From positions 77,203 to 141,202 of the forward strand of contig JAZQIM010000020.1 in NCBI GenBank assembly GCA_045541115.1: 64,000 nucleotides of DNA. Reading direction: 5' to 3'. A model generated the notes under the pieces. It made no database searches and was not told the origin of the DNA. It saw only the letters and a list, made by a program, of their open reading frames with translations. The position numbers and the translations under genes were made by a program. The stretch comes from Candidatus Aphodoplasma sp. Its GTDB lineage: Bacteria > Bacillota > Clostridia > UBA1381 > UMGS1253. This document shows, piece after piece, positions 48,343 to 58,897 of this stretch (position 1 is the stretch's first letter; the number at the start of each line of letters is the position of its first letter).

Positions 48343-49365
48343 GTGACAAAGAAAAAAATACTAAAATCAAAGACGTTTTCGATGCTCATAGGCGTTCTTG
48401 CCATTGTACTTTTTATACATGGCATTTCTGTAATTATTGATGTCGCATTTGGCAGCCTTAAAAGTGAAAGCGCAAATGTAACGGTAAGCGAAGGCTATGA
48501 TTCGCGCGATGTGTCGCGCCTTTTAAAAGATGAAGGCGTAATCAAGCATCGATATGTTTTTGAGTTGTTATCGTGGCTAAAAGGTGCGGATGAAAGATAT
48601 TATCCGGGCGATTTTGTGATAAAAAAAGGAAGCGGGTACGTAGCTCTTATAAATGGGCTTACGTACAGGTCAAATTATAAGACGACAAATATTACAGTGC
48701 CCGAAGGCGCAAATCTTAAAGAGATTGCAAAAATTGTTTCTAAGACGGGTTATGTAAGCGAAGATGAGTTTAACGATGCGCTTAAAGAAAAGTACGACTA
48801 TGAATTTTTAAAGGGCATAAAGCGTGACAATAAACTCGAGGGCTACCTTTTCCCCGACACATATAATATATCGAATCAAATGAGCGCACGCGATATTATA
48901 GAGCTTATGCTAGCGCGATTTGAAGATATATTTACAGACGAATATGAACACAGAGCAAAACAGCTTGGATACGATATGGATGAGATTGTGACGCTCGCAT
49001 CGGTTATAGAGGCGGAGGCAGCAACTCAAAAAGATAGGGTTCTTGTAAGTGGCGTATTTCATAACAGATTAAAGAGCAATAGCTATCCGTATCTTGAGTC
49101 GTGTGCAACTGTGCAATATATACTTGGACAAAGAAAGGCGATTTTGTCTGCAGCAGACACGAAAATCAAATCACCTTATAATACCTATATAAATAAGGGT
49201 TTGCCGATAGGACCGATATGCTCGCCCGGAAAGGCAGCGCTTGAGGCGGCGCTATATCCTTCTGATACTTCGTATTATTTCTTCCAGTCGGATGCGGATG
49301 GAAAAATTTATTATGCAAGCACGTTAAGCGAACATGAAAAAATAAGACAGCAGATTCAAAATTAG
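48343..49365 (+). CDS. mltG: Endolytic murein transglycosylase MltG (YceG-like)
   Basis: 340 aa. N-terminal TM helix. YceG motifs ...LEGYLFPDTY... and ...ASVIEAEA... Confidence 0.9.
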   Translation: MTKKKILKSKTFSMLIGVLAIVLFIHGISVIIDVAFGSLKSESANVTVSEGYDSRDVSRLLKDEGVIKHRYVFELLSWLKGADERYYPGDFVIKKGSGYVALINGLTYRSNYKTTNITVPEGANLKEIAKIVSKTGYVSEDEFNDALKEKYDYEFLKGIKRDNKLEGYLFPDTYNISNQMSARDIIELMLARFEDIFTDEYEHRAKQLGYDMDEIVTLASVIEAEAATQKDRVLVSGVFHNRLKSNSYPYLESCATVQYILGQRKAILSAADTKIKSPYNTYINKGLPIGPICSPGKAALEAALYPSDTSYYFFQSDADGKIYYASTLSEHEKIRQQIQN

Positions 49366-49385
49366 GGTAGTGAGGTGAGTGGAAA

Positions 49386-50045
49386 ATGCCAAGCGAGGAA
49401 CAAATAACACATTCATATATAATTGATTTTGTGCGCTCGTCACTTGCACCAAACAGTGAATTTCTTCTGGAGCTTGAAGATTATGCCCACAAAAACGCTG
49501 TGCCGATTGTGCAAAAAGAAGTCGCAAGCTTTTTAAAGGTACTATGTATGACGCATAAGCCAAAAAAAGTGCTTGAGATTGGCAGCGCGATTGGGTATTC
49601 GTCACTTTTAATGCTTGAAAGCCTGCCGGAAGATGCGCATATCACAACTATTGAGCGTGACGAAAAAATGGCGGAACTTGCAAGAAACAATATAAAAAAG
49701 GCAGGCGCTGATGGGCGCATAGAGGTGCTTAGCGGCGATGCACAGGTGCTTTTGCCGGTGCTTGATGAAAAGTACGATATGATATTTATGGACGGAGCGA
49801 AGGCCCATTATATTTACTTTTTGCCCGAATGCATACGTCTTTTAAAAAATGGCGGTCTGCTTGTGAGCGACAACATTTTGTACGGCGGCATGGTTACAAA
49901 CAGAGAGCTTTTAATCAGGCGTAAAATTACTATCGTAAAGCGGCTCAAAAAATATATAGAGGCGATTTGCTCTGATAACAGGCTTGAAACATCGATTTTA
50001 TCGATTGGCGACGGCGTAAGCTTGTCATATAAGAAGAGCGACTGA
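49386..50045 (+). CDS. Class I SAM-dependent O-methyltransferase (YrrM/TrmR-like)
   Basis: 219 aa with the SAM motif VLEIGSAIGYS. Its position before a U32 peptidase mirrors B. subtilis yrrMNO. Confidence 0.85.
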   Translation: MPSEEQITHSYIIDFVRSSLAPNSEFLLELEDYAHKNAVPIVQKEVASFLKVLCMTHKPKKVLEIGSAIGYSSLLMLESLPEDAHITTIERDEKMAELARNNIKKAGADGRIEVLSGDAQVLLPVLDEKYDMIFMDGAKAHYIYFLPECIRLLKNGGLLVSDNILYGGMVTNRELLIRRKITIVKRLKKYIEAICSDNRLETSILSIGDGVSLSYKKSD

Positions 50046-50081
50046 TTTTTATGTAGATAAAACATAAGGGGATTTAGCGAT

Positions 50082-51332
50082 ATGGACGATTTAAAAAATA
50101 AGCTTGAGCTACTTGCTCCGGCAGGCGATATAACCAAGCTGAAGATGGCGATACAATACGGCGCTGATGCAGTATATATCGGCGGCGAAGCGTTCGGCCT
50201 CCGCAGCGCGTCAAAAAACTTTAACTTAGAGGAAATGGCCGAAGGTGTAAGGTATGCACATGAGCGCGGGAAAAAGGTGTATCTTGCCACAAACATCATT
50301 CCGCACAATAAAGACCTTGAGGGTTTTGAAAAATATCTTGACGAAGTTGTAAGAATTGGCGTCGATGCACTTATAGTAGCTGATTTGGGATTGTTTTCAC
50401 TTATAAGAAAAAAACATCCCGAAATCGATATTCACATATCGACACAGGCAAATAACGTAAACTACCTTAGCGCAAATGTATGGCATAGTATGGGAGCAAA
50501 GCGTATCGTGGTTGCGCGCGAATTAAGCCTTGAAGAGATAGCGCATATACGAAAAAACACGCCCGACGATCTTGAAATTGAAGCATTTGTACATGGTGCG
50601 ATGTGCATTTCATATTCGGGCAGATGCCTACTTAGCAACTACCTTACAAGCCGCGATGCAAATAAGGGCGAGTGCGCACAGCCGTGCAGATGGAACTATG
50701 CGCTTGTGGAAGAAAAACGCCCCGGCGAGTATATACATGTAGGTGAGGATGAAGGCGGTAGCTTCTTTTTTAACTCGAAGGATTTATGTATGATTGACCA
50801 TATACCGGAGCTTGTAGATAGCGGTATTACGAGTTTTAAGATTGAAGGAAGAGTAAAGAGCGAATACTACGTATCGACTATTGTAAAGGCGTACAGGGCA
50901 GAGCTTGACAGATATATTAAAGACCCGCTTTCATATAAATTTGACCCCGAGAGCTTAAATGAGGTTTTAAAAGTCAGTCACAGACCGTACACAAACGGAT
51001 TTTATTTTGGAAAGACTGATGAAAATAGCCAGGTTTATGAAACAAGCTCATATATACGCGACTATGATATAGTAGGCTTTATATTAGACTATGATGAAAA
51101 GACAGGTATCGCAACCGTTGAGCAGAGAAATAAGATGTGCGTAGGCGATACGATTGAAATAATACAGCCAGATGCGCCGTATTTTTCACAGAAGGTTGAG
51201 TGGATAAAAAATGCCGACGGCGATGAAATTACAAGTACGCCGCATGCGCAGATGATTTATACTTTAAAAACCGATAAGCCGGTAGTGAAAAACGCGATGA
51301 TACGAAAAGGTGAGCTTGTAAGCGGAAAATAA
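50082..51332 (+). CDS. Peptidase U32 family protein (YrrO/TrhP-like)
   Basis: 416 aa with the U32 signature region ...EAFVHGAMCISYSGRCLLSNY... Confidence 0.88.
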   Translation: MDDLKNKLELLAPAGDITKLKMAIQYGADAVYIGGEAFGLRSASKNFNLEEMAEGVRYAHERGKKVYLATNIIPHNKDLEGFEKYLDEVVRIGVDALIVADLGLFSLIRKKHPEIDIHISTQANNVNYLSANVWHSMGAKRIVVARELSLEEIAHIRKNTPDDLEIEAFVHGAMCISYSGRCLLSNYLTSRDANKGECAQPCRWNYALVEEKRPGEYIHVGEDEGGSFFFNSKDLCMIDHIPELVDSGITSFKIEGRVKSEYYVSTIVKAYRAELDRYIKDPLSYKFDPESLNEVLKVSHRPYTNGFYFGKTDENSQVYETSSYIRDYDIVGFILDYDEKTGIATVEQRNKMCVGDTIEIIQPDAPYFSQKVEWIKNADGDEITSTPHAQMIYTLKTDKPVVKNAMIRKGELVSGK

Positions 51333-51375
51333 AAATAAAGGGCTCGTAGCAGACAAAGCGCTACGGGCCCTATAT

Positions 51376-52224
51376 TTATTCTGTTTTTGCGTGCGGTTTT
51401 TTTATACGTATTGTGTATTCGATAAAATCGCCCTGCTCAACTTCGCGCATTGTTGCATCCATACCTGCTTCACGTATCATTTTTATCGATTGGCGAATTG
51501 TATTTACTATAATTTTTACGTTACTGTGGCCGACAAAAAAGTTCTTTTTCTTTTGCTTTTTTATGGAGTTTTCGCGCTCAAGGTGCGCCTCAATGAGATG
51601 CTCTGTCTGTGCGACATTTAGACCGTTTTCGCATACCTGCTTTAAAACGGCGAGCTGTGTCTGCTCATCATCAAGGCGCAGAAGTGCGCGCGCATGTCGC
51701 TCGGTTAAATTATTGTCGGAGAGGATTTTTTTTACTAATGGTCCGAGCTTTAATATGCGCAGCTTGTTTGCTATGGTAGATTGTGTTTTTCCTACTTTTG
51801 TTGCAACCTCTTCTTGAGTAAGGTGGTGCTGATTTATAAGGTGAGAATAGCCCTGTGCTTCCTCTATATATGATAAATCTTCTCTTTGCAGATTTTCAAG
51901 CAACGCCACGAGAGCCGAATCACTTTCATCAAATTCGCTCACAATTACAGGTACGCTTTCAAGTCCCGCAATTTTTGCTGCGCGAAGACGCCTTTCGCCT
52001 GCGACTAATTCGTATATTGAACAAGTTTGTTTTCGTACATTTATCGGCTGCAAAATGCCAAAGCTTTTAATTGACGTGGCAAGCTCTTCGAGGGCTTTTT
52101 GGTCAAAGTGGCGTCGCGGCTGATAGGGATTTGGGCGTATTGTATCGATTGGTACATATATAACAGATGTTGATTTTGATGAGTTTTTTTGCATGTTCGT
52201 TGTGAGTCCTAACGGTAAAATCAT
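51376..52224 (-). CDS. noc: ParB-like nucleoid occlusion protein (Noc)
   Basis: 282 aa. ParB box GERRLRAAKIAG plus an HTH. Immediately downstream of rsmG with no adjacent parA. SD AAGGAGG 7 nt upstream of the ATG. Confidence 0.7.
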   Translation of the reverse strand: MILPLGLTTNMQKNSSKSTSVIYVPIDTIRPNPYQPRRHFDQKALEELATSIKSFGILQPINVRKQTCSIYELVAGERRLRAAKIAGLESVPVIVSEFDESDSALVALLENLQREDLSYIEEAQGYSHLINQHHLTQEEVATKVGKTQSTIANKLRILKLGPLVKKILSDNNLTERHARALLRLDDEQTQLAVLKQVCENGLNVAQTEHLIEAHLERENSIKKQKKKNFFVGHSNVKIIVNTIRQSIKMIREAGMDATMREVEQGDFIEYTIRIKKPHAKTE

Positions 52225-52394
52225 AACAATTCCTCCTTGTAGTAAATCACATTTATCGCGAGCAAATAAAAAACGATTTTTAATACACTATACCAAGGGT
52301 GGTATATCTCATGAGATAATTATACCATTTTTTGGTAAAAAGTGAAGAAAAATCGTTTTACGTATTTCGTATTAAAATTTGTTATTTCGACTTT

Positions 52395-53105
52395 TTATAT
52401 CGGTTTATTTAGCGGTTTGTTGCCGCTTCTGGGATATTTTGTTGCGGTTTCAGCAATCTTGTCAACCAATATTATCGAATGTGATAATTCGTAATCGGCT
52501 ATTTGTGCCAATTTTATACACGCATTTCCTCCGCCAAGAGTTGCAATCGCATTTTTGGCATTTGAAAGCTCCTCTTCTGCCATAGGGCCTTTAAATGCGG
52601 CGAATTTTCCGCCAATGCAAACGAACGGCAAGCAGTATTCGCTTAGCGTCGCCATGTTTGCGACAGCTCTGGAAACTGCAAAATCATAGCGTTGTCTGTG
52701 CTCATCTTTGTGGGCAAGCTCCTCTGCGCGAGAATGGATGCAGTAAGTATTTGAAAGTGAAAGCTCATTTGCGCAAAGTTTTAAAAAATCCACGCGCTTA
52801 TTAAGCGAGTCAATAAGGGTCATATCAATGTCATCTCGAACAATTTTTAGCGGAATTCCCGGAAAGCCCGCACCCGTACCGATGTCAATTATTTTTGCAC
52901 CTTTTTTGATGTCACACACACTCAAAATGGATACGCTGTCGAGAAAGTGCTTTACGGCGACTTCTTCGGGCTGTGTTATAGCAGTCAGGTTGACTTTTTT
53001 GTTGTACTCTATAAGAAGCTCGTAATAAAGAGAAAAACGCTCGTAAATATCCGTAGTTGCATCAATACAAAACGAGGCAAGCCCCTTTTTTAATATATCT
53101 TTCAT
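52395..53105 (-). CDS. rsmG: 16S rRNA (guanine527-N7)-methyltransferase RsmG
   Basis: 236 aa: ...NLTAITQPEEVAVKHFLDS..., with the SAM motif DIGTGAGFPG. Confidence 0.93.
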   Translation of the reverse strand: MKDILKKGLASFCIDATTDIYERFSLYYELLIEYNKKVNLTAITQPEEVAVKHFLDSVSILSVCDIKKGAKIIDIGTGAGFPGIPLKIVRDDIDMTLIDSLNKRVDFLKLCANELSLSNTYCIHSRAEELAHKDEHRQRYDFAVSRAVANMATLSEYCLPFVCIGGKFAAFKGPMAEEELSNAKNAIATLGGGNACIKLAQIADYELSHSIILVDKIAETATKYPRSGNKPLNKPI

Positions 53106-53122
53106 ATTAAAGTCCTTTTCGT

Positions 53123-53974
53123 TTATTTGTCCTGATTAAGCTGCGCAGCTCGAATCGCATTTTTCATAAGGATGGCTCTCGTCATAACGCCTACACCGCC
53201 CGGTACGGGTGTAATATAGGAAGCCTTTTCTTTAGCGCTTTCAAAATGAACATCGCCCACAAGCTTTCCTTCACTGTTTCTGTTCATTCCCACGTCAATT
53301 ACAACTGCACCTTCCTTAATCATATCGCCTGTAACAAATTCGCCCTTACCGATTGCAACGACGAGAATATCAGCGCGGCGTGTTACTTCTGCAAGGTCTT
53401 TTGTGCGTGAATGGCAGATTGTAACAGTGGCGTTTTTATGTAAAAGAAGCATCGCCTGCGGTTTTCCAACGATGTTGCTGCGACCTATAACAACACATTC
53501 TTTTCCTGTTATATCGATATTATATTCGTCTAAAAGCTCCATAACGCCTGCCGGTGTACACGGTAAAAAGTCGTAATCTCCAATCATTATTTTGCCGACA
53601 TTTATCGGATGAAAAGCGTCGACATCTTTTTTTGGGTCAATCATATCGAGCACAGTTTTCTCGTCAATATGTGAAGGTAGGGGGAGCTGTACGATAAAGC
53701 CGGATACAGATGGGTCTTCGTTTAGCTCTTTAACTAAGCTGATAAGCTCTTCTTGTGTAGTAGATTCGCTGAGCGCATATTCTCTTGATTCAATTCCTAC
53801 TTCTGCGCAGTCGCGTATTTTGCCTGCAACATATACCTTGCTCGCAGGGTTTTCGCCTACTATAATTACAGCAAGACAGGGATTAACGCCCTTTTCTTTT
53901 AGCTCTTGAGAGAGTTGTCTTTGCTGCTCCTTTACTTTTTTTGCTAGTGCCTTTCCGTCCATTATTACTGCCAT
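53123..53974 (-). CDS. folD: Bifunctional methylenetetrahydrofolate dehydrogenase/cyclohydrolase
   Basis: 283 aa: ...[11 protein letters not shown]..., ...GRSNIVGKP..., ...[11 protein letters not shown]... SD GGAGGT 8 nt upstream of the ATG at 53974. Confidence 0.95.
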   Translation of the reverse strand: MAVIMDGKALAKKVKEQQRQLSQELKEKGVNPCLAVIIVGENPASKVYVAGKIRDCAEVGIESREYALSESTTQEELISLVKELNEDPSVSGFIVQLPLPSHIDEKTVLDMIDPKKDVDAFHPINVGKIMIGDYDFLPCTPAGVMELLDEYNIDITGKECVVIGRSNIVGKPQAMLLLHKNATVTICHSRTKDLAEVTRRADILVVAIGKGEFVTGDMIKEGAVVIDVGMNRNSEGKLVGDVHFESAKEKASYITPVPGGVGVMTRAILMKNAIRAAQLNQDK

Positions 53975-55832
53975 TTTTATTACCTCCGTTGTTTATAGTT
54001 TTTTTATTATTTTTGTCTTTGTGTCTGTCTGCGCCGCCTCGAAGCTCATAGGGCGATATAAGACAATCTTCTCCAAAGCCTATCAAATCTTCGCGCCCTG
54101 CTTTTTTTAATGCCTCCAAAACGAGCGCACGGTTTGATTTGTCCTTATACTGAAGTAGCGCTCTTTGCATTGCCTTTTCGCGTGGAGTGCGCGCTACATA
54201 GACGCTTTTGAGCGTTCTTGGGTCAAGTCCCGTATAAAACATTGCCGTTGAGATCGTGCCCGGTGTCGGGTAGAAATCCTGGACCTGACGTGGATTAAGC
54301 TTGTTTTTCTTTAAATAAAGAGAAAGCTCTATCGCATCGTCAATTGTCGAGCCGGGATGTGAGCTCATAAGGTACGGCACGAGATATTGTTCTTTGCCGA
54401 GTTGCTTATTTATTTTCTCATATTTTTTTGCAAAATTTCTATACACATCGCCAGATGGCTTACCCATATACTTAAGTACGTTTTCGCTTACATGCTCCGG
54501 TGCAACTTTTAGCTGGCCGCTTATGTGATGAGCGCAAAGTTCCTGTAAAAAAACATCGCTTTTGTCTGCCATAATATAATCATAGCGAAGTCCGGAACGC
54601 ACAAACACCTTTTTTACGCGGTCAAGCGAGCGAAGTTTTCGCAAGAGCTCAAGATAGTCTTTGTGATCAGCGACAAGATTTTTGCATGGGGTAGGGAAAA
54701 GGCACTGCTTGTTTTTGCAAGCACCCGCCTTAAGCTGTTTTTCGCAAGCCGGCGCACGAAAATCTGCGGTAGGTCCGCCGACATCGTGTATATATCCCTT
54801 AAAATCGCTCTCCCATGTAATCTTTTTTGCTTCGTTAATGAGCGATTCGTGGCTACGTGACTGAACAATGCGCCCCTGATGAAAGGTGAGTGCGCAAAAG
54901 TTACAAGCACCGTAACAACCGCGACAGCTTGTGAGTGAAAATTTAACCTCCGATATCGCAGGGATTGCACCGAGCGATTCATACATCGGATGATAATTGC
55001 GCATATATGGAAGCGCATAAACCGCATCAAGCTCTTTTGTATTAAGGGGCATTGATGGCGGATTTTGTACGAGCAGTTTGTCGTGATGCGACTGAATAAG
55101 ACGCTTTCCGCGTATGGGATCCTGCTGCTCATATTGGGTGTTGCAGGCCTTTGCGTATGCACGTTTGTCGCTTGAGACCTGCTCGAAACTTTCAATCATA
55201 ATTCCTTCGGGCTCATTTGTATTTTTTGCTATATAGCATGTCCCGTTTATAAAGTTTATTTTTTTAACGTTAATGCCGCGATCTAGCGCATCTGCAACCT
55301 GTACAATGGCTCGCTCGCCCATACCATAAACAAGTATATCTGCGCGGCTGTCAAAAAGTATCGAGCGGCGCACCTTGTTATCCCAGTAGTCATAGTGGGC
55401 GAAGCGTCGAAGGCTTGCCTCGATGCCGCCGATTATTATCGGTATATCTCCAAAAGCCTCGCGTATGCGATTGCAATACACTATAACGGCTCTGTCGGGG
55501 CGATGACCGGTTTGACCGCCCGGTGAATATAAATCTTGTGAGCGCGGCTTTTTCGCGGCCGTGTAATGTGCCACCATCGAGTCAATATTACCTGAGGTGA
55601 CGAGAACGCCAAGTCTTGGCCTGCCAAATTTTTTAAAATCGTCACAGCTTTTCCAGTCGGGCTGGGCAAGCATTGCAACGCGATATCCTTTTGATTCAAG
55701 CACGCGTGATATGATTGCGTGTCCAAAGCTCGGATGGTCGACATAAGCATCGCCCGTAACATATAAAAAGTCGGGCGCATCCCATCCACGCTGTTGCATT
55801 TGCTCTTTATTTACAGGTAAAAAATCATTCAT
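53883..55832 (-). CDS. ygiQ: YgiQ family radical SAM protein (UPF0313)
   Basis: 649 aa with [11 protein letters not shown] and a Lys/Asn-rich C-terminal tail. The last 92 nt overlap the folD start in another frame. Confidence 0.85.
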   Translation of the reverse strand: MNDFLPVNKEQMQQRGWDAPDFLYVTGDAYVDHPSFGHAIISRVLESKGYRVAMLAQPDWKSCDDFKKFGRPRLGVLVTSGNIDSMVAHYTAAKKPRSQDLYSPGGQTGHRPDRAVIVYCNRIREAFGDIPIIIGGIEASLRRFAHYDYWDNKVRRSILFDSRADILVYGMGERAIVQVADALDRGINVKKINFINGTCYIAKNTNEPEGIMIESFEQVSSDKRAYAKACNTQYEQQDPIRGKRLIQSHHDKLLVQNPPSMPLNTKELDAVYALPYMRNYHPMYESLGAIPAISEVKFSLTSCRGCYGACNFCALTFHQGRIVQSRSHESLINEAKKITWESDFKGYIHDVGGPTADFRAPACEKQLKAGACKNKQCLFPTPCKNLVADHKDYLELLRKLRSLDRVKKVFVRSGLRYDYIMADKSDVFLQELCAHHISGQLKVAPEHVSENVLKYMGKPSGDVYRNFAKKYEKINKQLGKEQYLVPYLMSSHPGSTIDDAIELSLYLKKNKLNPRQVQDFYPTPGTISTAMFYTGLDPRTLKSVYVARTPREKAMQRALLQYKDKSNRALVLEALKKAGREDLIGFGEDCLISPYELRGGADRHKDKNNKKTINNGGNKNGSNNGRKGTSKKSKGAAKTTLSRAKRKGR

Positions 55833-55865
55833 AATTATCTTCGCTTTCCTGCTTATAAATGTATG

Positions 55866-56693
55866 TTATCTTGCGTCAAAGAAGTATTCGTTGTTATCAG
55901 CGCAACGTATTCGCCATATAGGCACTGCCGTCGCATACTTATGGTACGTTGTTTTGTCGCCTGTAGTATAACCTAAATCAATTTGTGTGATTTCATTTGA
56001 TTCGAGATTTATTCTGGTAGTATCGCGCGCAAAATCGAGCAAAACAGTTATAACAGAGCGCACCTGCGCGGCATCATTTGAGAATATGTTTTGTCCGCTT
56101 GACGGCACAAACCAACTTCCCGACATTTTTGCAATGCCGTTTGGAGTAACTGTGATCTCAAGACAGGAATCGAGCAGAGCATATTTGTCAATCTTTTGCC
56201 GGGCAAAAACAAGATATGAACCATCAAGTTCACTCGTATGAGGCAGAAGAGTGTCTGTTTTAAAGCCGTGCTCGCCAAGCCACCTTAAAGCGTATTTTTG
56301 CGCCGTTTGCGCATTAAAGATTTTGATGCTGTCCTGAGGCTTTAAATCTGTATACTCAATCATGTCACCTGAAAGTTTAAGGCGTTTTGTGCCGAGAGCA
56401 TACTGCCCATCAGAAAGAGAGGCGCAGCCCTCACCTAGAAGTGTGCTGGCAAAGGTATATGGGTCGTAAACGCTATTTTGGACATCGATTGAACCAAGTT
56501 TCGGCATTTTTGTAGGGATTATCTGCTCGTCTATGGTAATGCCGTTTTGTTTTAATACATTGATTGTTTGCAAAACAGTTTCTTTTTCGATGACAGAAGT
56601 TTGCATGTCAGATTTAATCAGAGTAAAAACAAGAAAAATATTTAGTGCTACAAACAAAATAATCAGCCAATTTTTTGCTCCGGACCAATTCAT
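55866..56693 (-). CDS. YycI-like membrane-anchored protein
   Basis: MNWSGAKNWLIILFVALNIFLVFTL... resembles YycI N-termini. The ATG at 56693 lies 7 nt after AAGGAGG. Start trimmed from the track ORF at 56756. Confidence 0.5.
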   Translation of the reverse strand: MNWSGAKNWLIILFVALNIFLVFTLIKSDMQTSVIEKETVLQTINVLKQNGITIDEQIIPTKMPKLGSIDVQNSVYDPYTFASTLLGEGCASLSDGQYALGTKRLKLSGDMIEYTDLKPQDSIKIFNAQTAQKYALRWLGEHGFKTDTLLPHTSELDGSYLVFARQKIDKYALLDSCLEITVTPNGIAKMSGSWFVPSSGQNIFSNDAAQVRSVITVLLDFARDTTRINLESNEITQIDLGYTTGDKTTYHKYATAVPIWRIRCADNNEYFFDAR

Positions 56694-56798
56694 ATGCAAA
56701 CCTCCTTTCATATATATTTTGCCGTATATCACAAAAAAAATCAAGAGGTTTTCCAAGTTTTTATAAGGAAAACCTCTAATTTATATAAATATATTACA

Positions 56799-57629
56799 TT
56801 ATGCATAAATGCTGAAGAGCACGCTTATAATTCCCACGACAGCGCAGTATATCGAAAAGATATAAAACTTATTATTACTTAAAAGGCGGATAAGGAATTT
56901 TATTGCAAGCACGCCTGAAATTGCTGCTGCTGCAAAGCCGACAATAAGAGGAGCAATCTCGACGGAAAAACCACCGTTTAAAATAAGGTCTGCACCTTCG
57001 AGCACGGCGGCACCGAGTATCGCAGGAAGCGACATCAAAAAGGAAAATTTAATCGCAAAATCCTTTTTGTATCCGAGCGCACATGCAGATGTGATTGTGG
57101 AGCCGCTTCTTGAAAGACCGGGCATTAAAGCACATGCCTGCGCAATGCCTACATAAAGAGCACTTTTGTATTTTGCATTTTGCGCGTCATATTTATTTTC
57201 GTTAAACTTATCAACCGCATACATAAGTGCTGATGTAAAGAGAAGCATTATTCCTACGGTCATAACGTTGGAAAGTATAGCGTCTAAATCAAGCAGCTTA
57301 AATACAAGACCTAAAAGCACAGCCGGAACGGTTGCAATAATAAGCATAATAAGCATTCGCCTGTATGGGCGGTCGGAATTGAATTTGCCGCGGAAGATAT
57401 CGCCTATTAAAAGGAAGAATTCCTTTATGAGCTCATAAACATCCTTATAATACACAAAGCATACCGATATAAAAGTCGCAACGTGTAAAAGAACGTTAAA
57501 AGCGTTACCTTCATCTATGTTAAGGTTTAAAATTTCGCTGAAAAGAACAAGGTGTCCCGAACTTGATACGGGCAAAAACTCTGTAAGACCTTGCACCAGG
57601 CCCATTATCATAGCTTCAAATATACTCAT
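56799..57629 (-). CDS. uppP: Undecaprenyl-diphosphate phosphatase
   Basis: 276 aa, polytopic, with ...GLTEFLPVSSSGHL... and ...PGLSRSGSTI... Confidence 0.94.
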   Translation of the reverse strand: MSIFEAMIMGLVQGLTEFLPVSSSGHLVLFSEILNLNIDEGNAFNVLLHVATFISVCFVYYKDVYELIKEFFLLIGDIFRGKFNSDRPYRRMLIMLIIATVPAVLLGLVFKLLDLDAILSNVMTVGIMLLFTSALMYAVDKFNENKYDAQNAKYKSALYVGIAQACALMPGLSRSGSTITSACALGYKKDFAIKFSFLMSLPAILGAAVLEGADLILNGGFSVEIAPLIVGFAAAAISGVLAIKFLIRLLSNNKFYIFSIYCAVVGIISVLFSIYA

Positions 57630-57659
57630 ATTAAATTAGCGCCTTTCTGTCATAATAAA

Positions 57660-58172
57660 TTAGGAGACAAACTCGTCATTATCGTTATCGCCTTCGCTTC
57701 TGTCCTCGAAAATTTCAACAACATCGACATTCTCATCAATATTTGCAGTACTTTCATCTTCTGCTTTTATATCTATGTTATTAAGACGTGATATATACTC
57801 TTCGAGAGCATTTTTTGCATCGTCTCTAATTTCGCACACACGCTCTTTTTCGGAGCGGATTTTTGCGCGAAGTTCTTCAAGTTCAATCTCGAGTGATGCA
57901 CGTATTTTTTCTGTTTCAAGGCGAGCTTCGTTAATCATTTTCTCGGCTTCCTGTTTTGCATTAAGAAGCGCGTCCGCTATGTATGCACGCTCTTTTTCGA
58001 GAGTAGCAATTTTTTGTGTAAGTTCACAGTTTTTTTCTTCAAGTGCCTTGTTTTTTTCTTCAAGCTCATTTTTTATCTGTTCAGAATTTTGTGCACATTC
58101 CATTATATAAGCATTTACAAGCCTTTTCTTATATCCGAACATCGATTTTTTAAATTTTTTTGGGTTTTCCAT
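57660..58172 (-). CDS. DivIVA-domain-like coiled-coil protein
   Basis: 170 aa. N-terminal F..SMFGYKKRLVNAYI, a long heptad-rich Glu/Lys segment, and an acidic tail. Confidence 0.55.
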   Translation of the reverse strand: MENPKKFKKSMFGYKKRLVNAYIMECAQNSEQIKNELEEKNKALEEKNCELTQKIATLEKERAYIADALLNAKQEAEKMINEARLETEKIRASLEIELEELRAKIRSEKERVCEIRDDAKNALEEYISRLNNIDIKAEDESTANIDENVDVVEIFEDRSEGDNDNDEFVS

Positions 58173-58415
58173 TTTAAGAAAGCCTCCTTTATATCTATGT
58201 TTTTAACAAGACATTGTATAATTGATGCCATATTTTAAGCATATAAAATGTCTACCTGATTAAATTCTACATATTTATTTGTTTTTCCTTCTTTTAAACA
58301 ATGTTTTTGCTAAAAAATTTATATATTTTCTCTTGACAAGACAGATTTTTAATGGTATCATTCTTTATATGGCACACATTTGTACGTCGTGTGCGGACAG
58401 GGAGGTGCAGAATGC

Positions 58416-58859
58416 ATGGCAAAAAAACCTCTATATTTACTTGTTGATACGGCAGTGCTGCCTGACATATTTCCAAAGGTTGTCGAAGCAAAAAAGCTAC
58501 TTAAAACAGGTAAGTGTAAAACGACGAGCGAAGCAGTACAGATGCTTAAGATAAGCCGTTCGGCATTTTACAAATATAAAGACTGTGTATTTCCGATTGA
58601 GGAGATGGGCAAGGACAGGATAATAACATTATTTATGGAGCTTGTTGATATTCCGGGAATTCTTTCGTCAGTGCTAAAAACTCTTGCGCAGGCGTGTGTG
58701 AGTGTGCTTACGATTAACCAGAATATCCCGATTGACCATTCAGCAAACATAACGATATCGTTTCGCACAGAAAATATGAATAAGCCGATCGAAGCTCTGT
58801 TAAAAAAGCTTGGGCAAATAGAGGGAGTAAAGAAAATAGAAATTATTGCAGGAGAATAA
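58416..58859 (+). CDS. ACT domain-containing protein (UPF0735/PheB-like)
   Basis: 147 aa. N-terminal HTH-like part and C-terminal ACT domain. The ATG at 58416 lies 8 nt after GGAGGTG. Precedes hom. Confidence 0.75.
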   Translation: MAKKPLYLLVDTAVLPDIFPKVVEAKKLLKTGKCKTTSEAVQMLKISRSAFYKYKDCVFPIEEMGKDRIITLFMELVDIPGILSSVLKTLAQACVSVLTINQNIPIDHSANITISFRTENMNKPIEALLKKLGQIEGVKKIEIIAGE

Positions 58860-58897
58860 ATGCATAATATAAAGCAAATTTCACAGGAGGAAAAAAT

